The notes: generated by a model from the letters alone, not told the origin. Numbered from the whole stretch's first letter, positions 1 through 13,615 are shown. The stretch is 63,826 bases of DNA, filler included, from Welwitschia mirabilis (GCA_051453625.1; 9 parts of one record of this genome joined end to end with filler, not necessarily neighbours in it), one strand, 5' to 3'. A program made the numbers and translations.

Positions 1-385
1 CTTATAAACTTCCTTCTACATTATCTACTAAAACCTTTACCAAACATAATTTAAAAGAGAATAAGGGAAAAAGACCATCAACTCCTTGGCTTGATAGATT
101 GAATACAAATCCTACATTTGATGAATACTTAAAAAACTTGATTTAATAAGTCAATATCAACCTTTTCTTTTGGAAAATCTTGCAAGAAAATCCCAAATAT
201 TCTAAGTTATCAAAGGACTTAGTGAGAAGAAAATAAAAACATACCATTCCAAGTAAAGTCTTCCTTGTCCAATCTCTCTCCAACTNNNNNNNNNNNNNNN
301 NNNNNNNNNNNNNNNNNNNNNNNNNNNNNNNNNNNNNNNNNNNNNNNNNNNNNNNNNNNNNNNNNNNNNNNNNNNNNNNNNNNNN

Positions 386-1690
386 TTTGGAAAATCTTTC
401 AAGAAAATCCCAAATATTCTAAGTTATCAAAGGACTTAGTGAGAAGAATATAAAAACATACCATTCCAAGTAAAGTCTTCCTTGTCCAATCTCTCTCCAA
501 CTTAGTAATGAAGAAAAGTCCTAAATTCAAAGATCCTAGGGCTGAAACTATTAGTGTTACTTTAGAAGGAAATAAAAGAATTAAAAAGGATTTGATTAAC
601 ATAGGCGCAAGTGTAAACATTATGTCCTTTTGCATATGCAAAAGACTTGGTTTAGANNNNNNNNNNNNNNNNNNNNNNNNNNNNNNNNNNNNNNNNNNNN
701 NNNNNNNNNNNNNNNNNNNNNNNNNNNNNNNNNNNNNNNNNNNNNNNNNNNNNNNNACTTTAGAAGGAAATAAAAGAATTAAAAAGGATGTGATTAACAT
801 AGGCGCAAGTGTAAACATTATGTCCTTTTGCATATGCAAAAGACTTGGTTTAGAAAGCAGAATTAAACCTACACCTATTATTCTAGAGCTAGCTGACATC
901 TCAATTAAGAAACTATTAGGAATCATAAAGGAGCTAGTTATTAAAATTGAGGAAGCTTTTTATCCTACTGATGTGGTTATAATTGAAATAGAACATGATG
1001 GAGGGTATCCACTACTTTTAGGAAGAGCTTTTTATGCTATAACTTATTATATCATTGATATTTGATNNNNNNNNNNNNNNNNNNNNNNNNNNNNNNNNNN
1101 NNNNNNNNNNNNNNNNNNNNNNNNNNNNNNNNNNNNNNNNNNNNNNNNNNNNNNNNNNNNNNNNNNTAAAGTCTTCCTTGCCCAATCTCTCTCCAATTTA
1201 GTAATGAAGAAATGTTCTAAATTCAAGGATCCTTGGTCTGCAACTATTAGTGTTACTTTAGAAGGAAACAAAAGAATTGAAAAAGCTTTGATTGGACATA
1301 GGTGCAAGTGTGAACATTATGCCCTTTTACATATGTAAAAGACTTGGTTTAGAAAGCAGAATTAAACCTATATCTATTATTCTAGAGCTAGCTAACATCT
1401 CAATTAAGAAACCATTAGGAATAATAAAGGACCTATTCATTCAAATTGAGAAAGATTTTTATCCCATTGATATGGTTATAATTAAAATAGAACATGATGG
1501 ATGGTATCCACTACTTTTAGAAAGAGCCTTTTGTGCTATAGCTTATTATATTATTAACGCTCGATCTAGAATGATGAGATACCACTTTGACTATAAAGAA
1601 ATTACCATTAGGGTTTTTGACACTGCTGAAAAGGACACAGGAACTGATTTCAACATTAAAGATGATTTAAGGGCAACTTTATTTTTATAA
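386..1690 (+). pseudogene. Retrotransposon aspartic protease (overlapping repeated pieces across gaps)
   Basis: KFKDP..TISVTLEG..KKAL(I)DIGASVNIMP..LELADISIKKPLGII..PLLLGRAF, an Athila-type protease. Contains stops and frameshifts. Confidence 0.9.
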
Positions 1691-2029
1691 CATCGACCCT
1701 TAGAAGAGAGATTAATTATACTATATGAGCCAACTTTGTATGATAACCCAACTGAATTAGATTGTTTTGAATCTAAGAATGGAGTTCTCGAAGATGAGGA
1801 AGAAATCTAATATCTATATTCGATAGAAAAACTTTTTGAAGAATGTCGTCCTCTACCTATCGTCCTCATGATAGACAGGATGACATCCCAACTTAACACT
1901 TGTAAACTTAAGAAATTACTCAAAGGTCTAAACTATATATTCTTATTTGAAAATTAAATGAAACCTTTAATAATTAGTGATCTTCTCACTCCTCAATAAG
2001 AATTGGATTTGACCTCTCTATTAGAATCA

Positions 2030-3685
2030 AAGAAAAATGCCTTTGCTTGGATACATAAAGGCTTAGATGCCATTCCTCTTTTCATAGTTTAACATAAAAT
2101 CTATCTTGAGGACAATGCTAAACNNNNNNNNNNNNNNNNNNNNNNNNNNNNNNNNNNNNNNNNNNNNNNNNNNNNNNNNNNNNNNNNNNNNNNNNNNNNN
2201 NNNNNNNNNNNNNNNNNNNNNNNNNNNNNNNNNNNNNNNNNNNNNNNNNNNNNNNNNNNNNNNNNNNNNNNNNNNNNNNNNNNNNNNNNNNACTTTAGAA
2301 AACTCAATGAGGTTACAAAAAAAGATCATTTCCCTTCTCCTTTTCTTGATCAAGTTGTTAATAGAATTTAAGGTTACACTTATTATTATTTTCTTGATGG
2401 GTTTAGTGGCTATAATCAAATTTACATAGCTAGTGAAGACCAATCTAAAACGATCTTCACATCTCCCTTTGGAATCTTTGCTTTTAAATGAATGCCCTTT
2501 GGACTTTGCAATGCTCCTGGAACTTTTCGACAAGTGAGGATAAAAATATTTTTGGATATAATAGAAGCCTCTATAGAAAACTTTATGGATGATTTTTCCA
2601 TCTTTAGTGATACTTTTGAATAAACTATGCTAAGATTAGAAAAAGTCCTTAATAAATGTATTAAAAGTGGATTGCATTTAAGTTGGAAAAAGAGTTTCTT
2701 CCTTATTTAACACAGGACTATTTTGGGTTACCACATTTCAAAGGAAGAGATTAGGATGGACTCCATAAAAGTAAATATCATTAAAAATCTTAATCCTCCA
2801 GCAAATATGAAATAAGTTAGGTCTTTCCTTGGATATGCAGGTTTTTACCGATAATTCATCCATGACTATGCCAAAACTTGTAAACCTATTCACTCTTTTC
2901 TTGAAAAAGATGTCAAATTTAAGTCGTCTGAGTTAGGGGGGAGGATTCTCTGTCAAAAATATGAGAATGGATTCAAAGTCATATCTTACCTTAGCAAAAC
3001 TTTGACTAATGCCCAAACCAACTACACTACCACTGAAAGAGAAATGCTTGCTATCATTTTTTGTCTAGATCATCTTTGATACTATCTTCTTGGATTTCAC
3101 ATTAATATCTACACAGAACATGCCACCATCCGTTATCTCATGACTAAAAAAGATTGCAGTTCCAGACTTATTAGATGGATCCTTTTAATGCAAGAATTTA
3201 ATATTACCATCATTGATAAGGCTAAAAAACATAATAGTATGGCAGACCATCTTTCTTGACTTACTTGCTCCATTGATGAAAATCCTATTAATGATTCTAT
3301 TCTTGATGAGCGACTCTTTGTAATTAAACAAATGTATGCTTTTCTTTCTTCTCACCTCACTCCTTGGTATGTTGACATTGTCAATTATCTTATGACTATG
3401 AAAACCCCATAGCATTGGAACCAAAATTAATGAAAAACGTTTATCCATAGGATTGGTGACTATGAGTGGAATGAGCCACATCTTTATATACATTGCAGAG
3501 ATCAAATTATGTGTAAATGTATGTCTGAATGGGAAACTTTAGAAATTTTAATAGTTTATCATGCTGAAGTTTGTAGGAGACAATTTAGTGGCCAAAAGAC
3601 CGCCATGAAAATACTGCACTTGGGATTCTATTGGCCAACTCTTTTTAAGGATTTATTTAACTTTTTTTTGAAGTGTGATGCTTGT
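2030..3685 (+). pseudogene. pol: RT, RNase H, integrase zinc finger
   Basis: FLDGFSGYNQ, MPFGLCNAPGTF, FMDD (2582-2593), NYTTTEREMLAI, RLIRWILLMQEF, GFYWPTLFKD..KCDAC. Many stops. Confidence 0.92.
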
Positions 3686-3729
3686 NNNNNNNNNNNNNNN
3701 NNNNNNNNNNNNNNNNNNNNNNNNNNNNN

Positions 3730-3741
3730 TTAATTAATTAA
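3730..3741. other. Artificial contig linker TTAATTAATTAA (also at 8066, 13221, 20537, 29537, 53182, 59695, 62423)
   Basis: Identical self-complementary 12-mer with stops in all six frames, centred in 100-nt N blocks. Confidence 0.95.
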
Positions 3742-5056
3742 NNNNNNNNNNNNNNNNNNNNNNNNNNNNNNNNNNNNNNNNNNNNCTTTACTTTATGGAT
3801 TTTAGTATTTGTTTTGACATGGTAGCATATAAGTTGTTGTATTTTAAACAATTTTTTATTTTATCATTCATTGTTTGATAACATTAGCATATTTGACATC
3901 ATTATAATCATTTCCCTATTAAGTGGAACTCTACAAATTTATACATTATGTCATGCATCATTATTCAAGTGATTTTATGATTGTTATTATAGGAATTTTT
4001 TAGGGCTGCATTTAGGATAATAACGCAATTTTCTTTATGTTTCTAGTTGTTTATTTTTATTTTGTTTTTTCTTAGTTGTTTTCTTGGAATTTTCAAAGTT
4101 ATTTCCTTATACATTTTCAAGCATTATATCATGGCCCTAAGCATTTTATAGTCTCTTGTGATGTTTTCTAGAGGATGGTTGTTTCTTTCTAATAGGTTCC
4201 TTAATATAATGAGTTCTAGCTTTGTATGCATTTGGGCATATTTGAAGCATATTTAAGTAGTATTATTTTTCCCTTAGTGCATTTTTCCTCTATGATCATT
4301 TTCTATTTCTCCATCATGCATTCACACTTTAGGCTCTTTATTCATTTTATCTCTTAGGCCGTTCTCTCCTTTCCATTGCATTCCTGCATTTTCTAATTTT
4401 CTGAGTATTTCAAGTTTCATCTTCCTCTCCATATCAGCTATTTTGGAGTATGTCATCTTCCTTCATCATCCTCATGACATAGGAGATGACACTCCCTTGT
4501 TTGTTTTAGGTGTAATTTGGGATGTTTTACTTCTCCACTGAGGGGGATAGGATGCCTTTCTGGGCATTAATCTAGTAAAAATTAGCACACAACTTTTAGC
4601 AGTCCTAATCTTTTATGACTAAATTTTAATGAGTTGTTTTTAATGCGTTATTCATAAAATTTAAATAAATTTTTTAATTTGAATAAAATTTTGAGCACAT
4701 TCATGCACTTTATCATGCAGGATCCAGGAGTACCTACACATGTCTGCTATAGCCATGTTTTTCTGATCGCCTGAATCATGCAATATAAAAACTACTTAAG
4801 TTGTCATGATGATCCCGATTATACATACATGGCTTCACTTTTTAAGCCATCAAGTTTTACTTCATGATTTCTATATGTGTATTGCATTCATTCCATAGTG
4901 ACATTCTTAAGTAGAGGGCTTAGGAAAATTTTTAGGTCTTGTATTAATTACCTACTAATAATATCATTTTCTATGGACTTAGTTTATAGGCATTATTTTT
5001 ATCTTAAACAAATTGGTTAGCAATCAAGTTAATTGCTTACTTTGTTAGAGGCTGAC

Positions 5057-5075
5057 AAGGCTAAGTAGGGGGCTA
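5057..5075 (+). promoter_or_regulatory. Polypurine tract
   Basis: AAGGCTAAGTAGGGGGCTA directly before the LTR TG. The same motif precedes the LTRs at 10723(-), 23438(+) and 49984(-). Confidence 0.85.
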
Positions 5076-6462
5076 TGTTATAATGCCAATTTATGGGAAT
5101 TTTGATGGCGTATTTTGAGTACTTTTGTACGACATTCATACAGGTTTTGATGTAATACCAATGATTATGCAGATTTGATATGATGATCAGTAAAACATGT
5201 GATATTTCACATTATTAGCATTTTATAGTCTTATTCTAATGCTGCAAGTTTGGAGAAAAGACTTTATAATAGAAAGACTAAGAAAAGAGTAAAAGAAGTG
5301 CATCGTCCTTTCCATCAACCCCATGATAGCTAGGATGACCATACTAGTGATCTGGTCAAAATCCTGTGGCACTGACAGCAGTACATGGGGCACATGTTGA
5401 TAGGGCATTGACTATATAGTTGTCTAGATAATAGATAGGCTATGGCATCGAAACTATGTACAGACAACCCATGGGGCTAATGGTAGCAAATGGCACACTG
5501 CCCAAGCCATTAAGGCAGCATTATCTCCCTCATCGTGTGGATGACATATGAGATGATAACAGTTTTTAAACTGCAGCAATAAATTCAATTGTAAATGGGG
5601 TTAAACAACCCATGTGGATTATTAGGGTTTTTGTTTCCTGCCTTTAAAATTTACCTCGAGATCCCTCTTTGAAAAATCTATAAATACCCTTCTCCTCCTT
5701 TAATTCCTTTCCATCTTTTATACCTGATACTTGTGATAGAAGCTTGAAGAGCAAGAGGTCCATTTCATGGTACAGAAAGGAGTCTCCTTGGTGTCAGACT
5801 GTGTCTCTCTCATTAAGATGCTATTATTCTGATGTTGCAAGTGGATGTTATTCTGATTTTACTGGATTAATACAAATTATTCTTTCATCTCATTATTGTG
5901 CATCTCTCTTATGATTTAAGTTGATCTTAGCTAGTGACAAGCTTGGATTTATTTAGATCTTAAGGGTAATCTTTGTTAAGTTTAACCTTCTTTAGTAGAA
6001 CAAATTTTCATTGTTTATTTCTTTCTTTCCATATTGCATTTTAAGTCTTACTTGGGTAGATCTCATATTTTATATTGATTAAAAACTAGTGACTACTCTT
6101 CTTCTTTGATATAATTTATAGAGAAGTGGGCTTTATGAAAGAAAGACAAAGATCTAAGTAGAATCTATTCTCATTTCCATTCCTATTCCATTTCCATTGC
6201 ATTACATTTCATTTCCATTCACTTGCATTTCATTTTCATTTAAGCATTACATTTACTTACGTTATTTCCTTTCAATTTTTCTAAGGATAAAAGAACAAAA
6301 ATACATTAAATAAATCAATTCTCTAACTCTAAGCCTAATGCCTTCATTGGATTACGACATTTGGGTGAACTCCTATTTATACTAGTGTGTATTTTTCTGC
6401 AAGTTATTTGATTATAGGTTTACCTAAAGAACTTTGGGATTGCATAAATTCACACCATAACA
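5076..6462 (+). repeat. 3' LTR, family A (complete, 1387 bp)
   Basis: TGTTAT...ATAACA termini, TATAAATA at 5679. Homologous to the other A-type LTRs in the window. Confidence 0.9.
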
Positions 6463-7029
6463 ATAATGTCTAAGATCATTGAGGCAAAATATTATGGCTA
6501 ATATCCCTTTATCTATAGTAGTATAATTCATTTAAGTTTTAGAAAGAGTTTTACTATGATAAGATATAACCTTAAAATAATTCTCATACTTTTGACCAAA
6601 TACCCCATCCTCAGCAAAATCACTAGCATTACACATTAGCTCAAAATCTTTTTTCTAGTTAGTTCTTATTACAATAATAGCATAATATACTTTATGTTTA
6701 AGTGTATTAAAAGCAATCCGACAAGATTCATTCTAGTTAAATTTAGCTTCTTGTTCTAGAAATGAGTTAAGGAGTTTACAAATTTTTACATAATCTTGAA
6801 TAAATTGATGATAAAAATCACAATAACTAAGGAAGGATCTAACTTGTTTTATATTAGTTAGGGGAGTTAGGTTTTAAATGATACCAACCTTTTTAGGATT
6901 CATTTTAATCCCTTTTTCTGAAATATGATAATCTAAATCATTCCACTTTCAACTAAAAATAAACTTTTTTCCTAACTTAAATGAAGGTCATAATCTATCC
7001 ATATATTAAAGACTTTTTCTACTATTTCT
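6463..7029 (-). pseudogene. RT C-term/RNase H of an older Athila element, interrupted by A1
   Basis: Minus strand reads CNASDFA..GVFGQKYENYFKVISYHSKTL..MNYTT..ILAIIFCLNDLRHY. Confidence 0.8.
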
Positions 7030-7326
7030 NNNNNNNNNNNNNNNNNNNNNNNNNNNNNNNNNNNNNNNNNNNNNNNNNNNNNNNNNNNNNNNNNNNNNNN
7101 NNNNNNNNNNNNNNNNNNNNNNNNNNNNNNNNNNNNNNNNNNNNNNNNNNNNNNNNNNNNNNNNNNNNNNNNNNNNNNNNNNNNNNNNNNNNNNNNNNNN
7201 NNNNNNNNNNNNNNNNNNNNNNNNNNNNNNNNNNNNNNNNNNNNNNNNNNNNNNNNNNNNNNNNNNNNNNNNNNNNNNNNNNNNNNNNNNNNNNNNNNNN
7301 NNNNNNNNNNNNNNNNNNNNNNNNNN

Positions 7327-8021
7327 TGTAATCAAATGACTTACAAAAAAACACCTACTAGTATAGACGGGAGTTCATCCAAATGTCATAATCCAATGAA
7401 GGTACTAGGATTAGAGTTAGAGAATTGATTTTGCTAAGGTATTTTTATTCTTTTATCTTTAGAAAAACTAAAAGAAAATAACTTAAGTAAATGTAATGCT
7501 TAAATGGAAATGAAATGTGAGTGAATGGGGATGGAATGCAATGCAATAAAAATGGAATAAAAATGGAAATGAAAATAGATCCTACTTAGATCTTGGTATT
7601 TTTTTTTACAAATACTTCTTCTCTGTAACTTATATCAAAGAAGAAGAGTATTCACTAGTTCTTAATCAATATAAACTATGAGGTCTACCCAAGTAAGACC
7701 TGAAATGCAATGTCGAAAGAAATAAATAAACAATGTAGTTCTATTCTACTAAATAAGATCAACCTTAACAAAGGTTACCCTTAAGATCTAAATAAACCTA
7801 AGCTTGTCACTAGCTAAGATAAACTTAAATCATAAGGAAGATGCATAATAATGACATGAAAGAAGAATTTATATTATTCTAATGAAATTAGAACAATACC
7901 CACTTATAACATTAGAACAATAACACCTCAATGAAAGAGACATAGCCTGACATCAAGAAGACTCCTTTTTGTAGCATGGGATGGATCTTTCACTCTTCAA
8001 GCTTCCATCACAAGTACCAGG
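7327..8021 (-). repeat. Family A LTR, 3' portion
   Basis: Reverse complement of about 5720-6415. Confidence 0.88.
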
Positions 8022-8121
8022 NNNNNNNNNNNNNNNNNNNNNNNNNNNNNNNNNNNNNNNNNNNNTTAATTAATTAANNNNNNNNNNNNNNNNNNNNNNN
8101 NNNNNNNNNNNNNNNNNNNNN

Positions 8122-10231
8122 TGAATGAGATGACAACCCATGTGGCTAATGATAACACATGGGCACATAGTCTAAGGTGTCATCTCCTATGTCATGTGGA
8201 TGACCGACAGGATGACAACCTTGGTGACATGTGCAAAAAACCCACAGAGCTAATGGTATCACATGGGCATACAACCCAAGACAAGAAGGTGGATGGTAAT
8301 GATGGATAGGATGACAATTGTTTTATTACTGCTATAGTAAATTTAATTGTAAAGAGTGTTAAATGGGCCATGTGAGTANNNNNNNNNNNNNNNNNNNNNN
8401 NNNNNNNNNNNNNNNNNNNNNNNNNNNNNNNNNNNNNNNNNNNNNNNNNNNNNNNNNNNNNNNNNNNNNNNNNNNNNNNNNNNNNNNNNNNNNNNNNNNN
8501 NNNNNNNNNNNNNNNNNNNNNNNNNNNNNNNNNNNNNNNNNNNNNNNNNNNNNNNNNNNNNNNNNNNNNNNNNNNNNNNNNNNNNNNNNNNNNNNNNNNT
8601 CTTTTGATTAATACAATTACTATTTTTACTCCGATTCTGTAAATGTCCCTTATGGTTTAAGTTGATCTTAGTTAGTAATAAGCTATAATTTACTTAGATC
8701 ATGAGGAAAACCTTTATTAAGGTTGACCTTGATTAGTAGTAGGTTTACATTACATTTCTATTTTATTCATATTGCATATTGCATATTCTACTTGGTAGAT
8801 CTAATAGTTTATATTGATTAAGAATTAGTAGATACTNNNNNNNNNNNNNNNNNNNNNNNNNNNNNNNNNNNNNNNNNNNNNNNNNNNNNNNNNNNNNNNN
8901 NNNNNNNNNNNNNNNNNNNNNNNNNNNNNNNNNNNNNNNNNNNNNNNNNNNNNNNNNNNNNNNNNNNNNNNNNNNNNNNNNNNNNNNNNNNNNNNNNNNN
9001 NNNNNNNNNNNNNNNNNNNNNNNNNNNNNNNNNNNNNNNNNNNNNNNNNNNNNNNNNNNNNNNNNNNNNNNNNNNNNNNNNNNNNNNNNNNNNNNNNNNN
9101 NNNNNNNNNNNNNNNNNNNNNNNNNNNNNNNNNNNNNNNNNNNNNNNNNNNNNNNNNNNNNNNNNNNNNNNNNNNNNNNNNNNNNNNNNNNNNNNNNNNN
9201 NNNNNNNNNNNNNNNNNNNNNNNNNNNNNNNNNNNNNNNNNNNNNNNNNNNNNNNNNNNNNNNNNNNNNNNNNNNNNNNNNNNNNNNNNNNNNNNNNNNN
9301 NNNNNNNNNNNNNNNNNNNNNNNNNNNNNNNNNNNNNNNNNNNNNNNNNNNNNNNNNNNNNNNNNNNNNNNNNNNNNNNNNNNNNNNNNNNNNNNNNNNN
9401 NNNNNNNNNNNNNNNNNNNNNNNNNNNNNNNNNNNNNNNNNNNNNNNNNNNNNNNNNNNNNNNNNNNNNNNNNNNNNNNNNNNNNNNNNNNNNNNNNNNN
9501 NNNNNNNNNNNNNNNNNNNNNNNNNNNNNNNNNNNNNNNNNNNNNNNNNNNNNNNNNNNNNNNNNNNNNNNNNNNNNNNNNNNNNNNNNNNNNNNNNNNN
9601 NNNNNNNNNNNNNNNNNNNNNNNNNNNNNNNNNNNNNNNNNNNNNNNNNNNNNNNNNNNNNNNNNNNNNNNNNNNNNNNNNNNNNNNNNNNNNNNNNNNN
9701 NNNNNNNNNNNNNNNNNNNNNNNNNNNNNNNNNNNNNNNNNNNNNNNNNNNNNNNNNNNNNNNNNNNNNNNNNNNNNNNNNNNNNNNNNNNNNNNNNNNN
9801 NNNNNNNCATATTGCATATTCTACTTGGTAGATCTAATAGTTTATATTAATTAAGAATTAGTAGATACTCTTTTTGATTGATTTAAATTATAAAAGATAG
9901 TCTTTATGACAGAAAGACTAGAAGCTAGTCCTTGTGACAAAAGAATTAGGAACCAAGTGAATTCATTTTATTTCCATTTTCTTTTGCTTGCATTTCATAT
10001 TCATCCATCTTGGATTCAATTTACTTTACTATTTACTTTCAATTAAGTAAAAGATAAAATACCAAAAACTACCTTTGGAAATCAATTTTCTAACTCTGAG
10101 CCTAGTGCCTTCATTGAGATTACGACATTATAGTAAACTCCCATCTATACTAGCATGTGTCTTTTTGCAAGTTATATGATTTACAGGTTTATCTAAAGAA
10201 CTTTAAGATTGCATAAATTTACACCATAACA
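8122..10231 (+). repeat. Family A-variant LTR inserted into the A2 3' LTR
   Basis: Ends ...GCATAAATTTACACCATAACA at 10231 and abuts minus-strand LTR A sequence. Mostly gaps. Confidence 0.8.
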
Positions 10232-10723
10232 TTTATCATCTTGTATGTCATCCACACGATGGGGAAGACGACATCATCTTAATGGCTTAGGCAGTGTGCC
10301 ATGTGTTGTCATTAGCCCCATGGGTTATCTGCATGTAGTTCCGATGTCGTTGTCCTGTCTATCATCTGAATGACTATATAGTCAATGCTCTATCAACATG
10401 TGCCTCATGTGCTGCTATCGATGCCATATGTTTTTACCAAGTCAGCCATCAGGTTATCCTAGTTATCGTGGGGATGATAGGTAGGATGACTATCTTATTT
10501 TGTTCTTTTCTCCAATGTGAAAGTCTCTGTATTGTACAATTCTTCTTCTAATTCTACAATATTAGAATAAGACTAGAAAACTGCCAATAATATCAAATAT
10601 TACATGTTTTATTGATCATCATATTGAATCCTCATAATTATCAGTGTTGCATCAAAACATATGAATGTCCTACAAAAGTACTCAAAATACACCATCAAAT
10701 TCCCACAAATTGGTAATAAAACA
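10232..10723 (-). repeat. Family A 3' LTR, 5' portion, with PPT at 10724-10742
   Basis: Reverse complement of about 5076-5560, followed by TAGCCCCCTACTTAGCC. Confidence 0.88.
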
Positions 10724-12699
10724 TAGCCCCCTACTTAGCCTTGGCAGTCCTTGATAAAGTAAGTGATTAACTAGATTACGAGCAATTTGTTTAAGATAAA
10801 AATAATGCCTATAAACTGAGTTCATAGAAAATGATAATAATAGCAGGTGATTGATACAAGTACTAAAAATTTTCCTAAGCCCCCTATTTAAACATATCAT
10901 TATGAAATGAATGCAATACACATATAGAAATCATGAAGTAACCTTGATGACTCAAAACTAAAACTATGTATTCATGATCTAGATCATCATGACCAATTAA
11001 ATAGTTTTTATATTGCATGATTTAGGTGATCAGAAAGACATGGATATAGAAAACATGTGCAAGTACTACTAGATCCTACATGATAAAGTATGTGAATGGG
11101 CTAAAAATTTTATTCAATTTATATGAAGAACGTGTTAAAAATAACTCATCCAAAAATTGATCATAAAAGATCAGGGCTAGTAAAAGTTCTGTGCTGATTT
11201 TACTAGATTAACGCCCAGAAAGGCATCTTATCCCCTCCCCCACTCCTAGGAGAAATAAAACTTCCTAGATTGTACCTACAACAAAAAGGGATGTTATTCC
11301 CTATGTCATGTAGATGAGAAAAGAAGATAAAAGACTCCAAAATAGCTGAGATGGAGAGAAAGATGAGACCTAAGAGATAAAATGAAGAAAGAACTACGAA
11401 AGTAAAGGCATGATGGAGAAGTGGAAAATGACTGTAGAGGAAAAATACACCAAAGGAAAAATACTACTCAAAGATGCCTCAAATGTACCTGAACGTATAA
11501 AAATCTAGAACTCATCAGATCAAGGAAACCTGTCAGAAAGGACCAATCATCCTCTATAAAACATCACAAGAGACTAGACAATTCTTAAGCTCATGATATA
11601 AAAAAGTATAAGGAAATAACTTTAAAAATTCCAACAAAATAACTAAAGAAAAACAAAATGAAAAATGGATAAATAGGAACATGAAGAAGATTGCATTACT
11701 ATCCTAAATGCTCTCTTAACAAATTCCTATAGTAATAAGCATAAAATCACTTGATTCATGATGCATGGCATAATGTATAAATTCATAAAGTTTCACTCAA
11801 TAGGACAATGATTATGACGATGTCAAGTATGCTAATGTTATCAAATGATGAATGATAAAATACAAAGTTGTTTAAAATATAAGAACTTATAAGCTACCAT
11901 GTCAAAACAAACACTAAAATCTATAAAGTAGAGTGATCATGTGGAATTACTAGAAATAAAGAAATAAAGAAAAGTGATTTATTGTTTCATGATGAGGGGA
12001 GTGAAACCACTGTCAGAGGAATAAGAACTCACACAACATGGCCAACTGACCCCTCAGTGGAGTTTCCACAACTATCATATCACACTGCCAAAGGCTCATC
12101 TCGGGAAAATTTACCCTGATGCACTTGTGGTAGGACATCTTGATTATCATGTGTGTAAGGATATAACATGAAAGAGCATGAGAGTTAATTTTTTTTTTCC
12201 TTCCTTCTTGTTTTTTTCTTTTTTTTTAGATGAGTATCATTCCACATGATTAAGTACTTGTAAGGATAAAAGTGAAGAAATGAGATGAGTAATAAAATAA
12301 GATCCTGCAAGAACAACTAATTACTTACATTATTGAAAGATAACAAAAGAATCAAAACATCTTCTTATAGACATACGAATGTCTAAAAATTGGATTAAGC
12401 TAATTCTTATCATTGTAAATGCCTAAAGTAAAATATTACTCATCATAGAAACTTTATAAGTAAATACAGATGTTAAGTTAAAGATGTTCAAGTGATAACA
12501 TGATGTTAACCAAAGGAATGAGTTAAGAAAGAATTTAGATAATGGCAAAAGNNNNNNNNNNNNNNNNNNNNNNNNNNNNNNNNNNNNNNNNNNNNNNNNN
12601 NNNNNNNNNNNNNNNNNNNNNNNNNNNNNNNNNNNNNNNNNNNNNNNNNNNAATGATTTACAAAAGAATTAGATAATGGCAAAAGAAAGGTCCTTCTCT

Positions 12700-13615
12700 T
12701 GAATAGGGAATTCCAAAATAGGTGCTTCTATCATGTTCAAGATTTTGTTCGAGAATGACTCATAAAGCTTTAACCTTTTTCCATTGACTTTTTGGATTTG
12801 TTTAGTGTTTAGATCAGAAATTTCAACTAAGCCATTTAAGTGTACTTTTTTGATAAGATAAGGGCCTAATCATTTTGAAGTTAACTTGTTATGTAGAAGG
12901 TGTACTTGGGTGTTATACAACAAGACAAATTGGCCAGGTTTAAACTATTTATGAATAATCTTTTTATCATGTCAAAACTTGGCCTAATTCTTCGGAATAA
13001 GTTGACGATGTAGAACATGAATATGTTTTTCATCTAGATGGTTGAGTTGGGCTAAACAATTTTTGAGATTTTCATTAGGTTAACAAGGTTCAGTTGATGG
13101 GTGGAATGATAAGAATTATATTAAACATCAACTGATAAAATACATACTTTACTGTACATAAGCTCATAAGGTGAGANNNNNNNNNNNNNNNNNNNNNNNN
13201 NNNNNNNNNNNNNNNNNNNNTTAATTAATTAANNNNNNNNNNNNNNNNNNNNNNNNNNNNNNNNNNNNNNNNNNNNGGTTAATGAAATTGGTACCTTGAT
13301 CACTGATGATAATACATGGAAATCTAAATCATTAAAAAATATGAGTTCAAGCAAAGTTATACATAGTTCAGGCATCATGTTTAGTGGTAGAAGTATCTTT
13401 AACCCATTTAGTAACATAATCCATAGATACTAAAATATAATTTTTCTCATTATAAAATGGTAAAATTGGGTCCACAAAGTCAATTACCAATAATCAAAAG
13501 GTTCACATTCAAGTATAGGTTTGAGGAGCATATCATGATAATGAATGAAACTACCATAATGTTGACAAGCATCAAACTTTTGAGAAAAATTAAATGAATT
13601 CTTAAAAAGAGTTCA
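12700..13615 (-). pseudogene. Integrase core and GPY/F region
   Basis: Minus strand reads ILECEPFDYW..DFV, KPGQFVLLYNT, KLTSK*LGPY, KVNGKRLK. Confidence 0.85.

Larger units (their letters stand above)
1..6462 (+). mobile_element. Athila-type Ty3/gypsy LTR retrotransposon, family A, copy A1 (5' end outside window)
   Basis: Order is gag C-term, protease, RT, RNase H, integrase N-term, 3' non-coding, PPT, LTR. A linker gap at 3686-3785 lies inside it. Confidence 0.9.

Noticed and set aside
399-926. Antisense ORFs over the protease (also 17325-17606 and 27855-28178)
   Set aside because: They are shadows of the retroelement coding strand.
3730-3741. Recurring TTAATTAATTAA as a biological repeat or CRISPR-like unit
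   Set aside because: It is always centred in a 100-nt N block, so it is an assembly linker.
8818-9817. Long ORFs in the track made of X (also at 13.7, 21, 26, 46-47, 52 and 54 kb)
   Set aside because: They are N gaps read through without stops.
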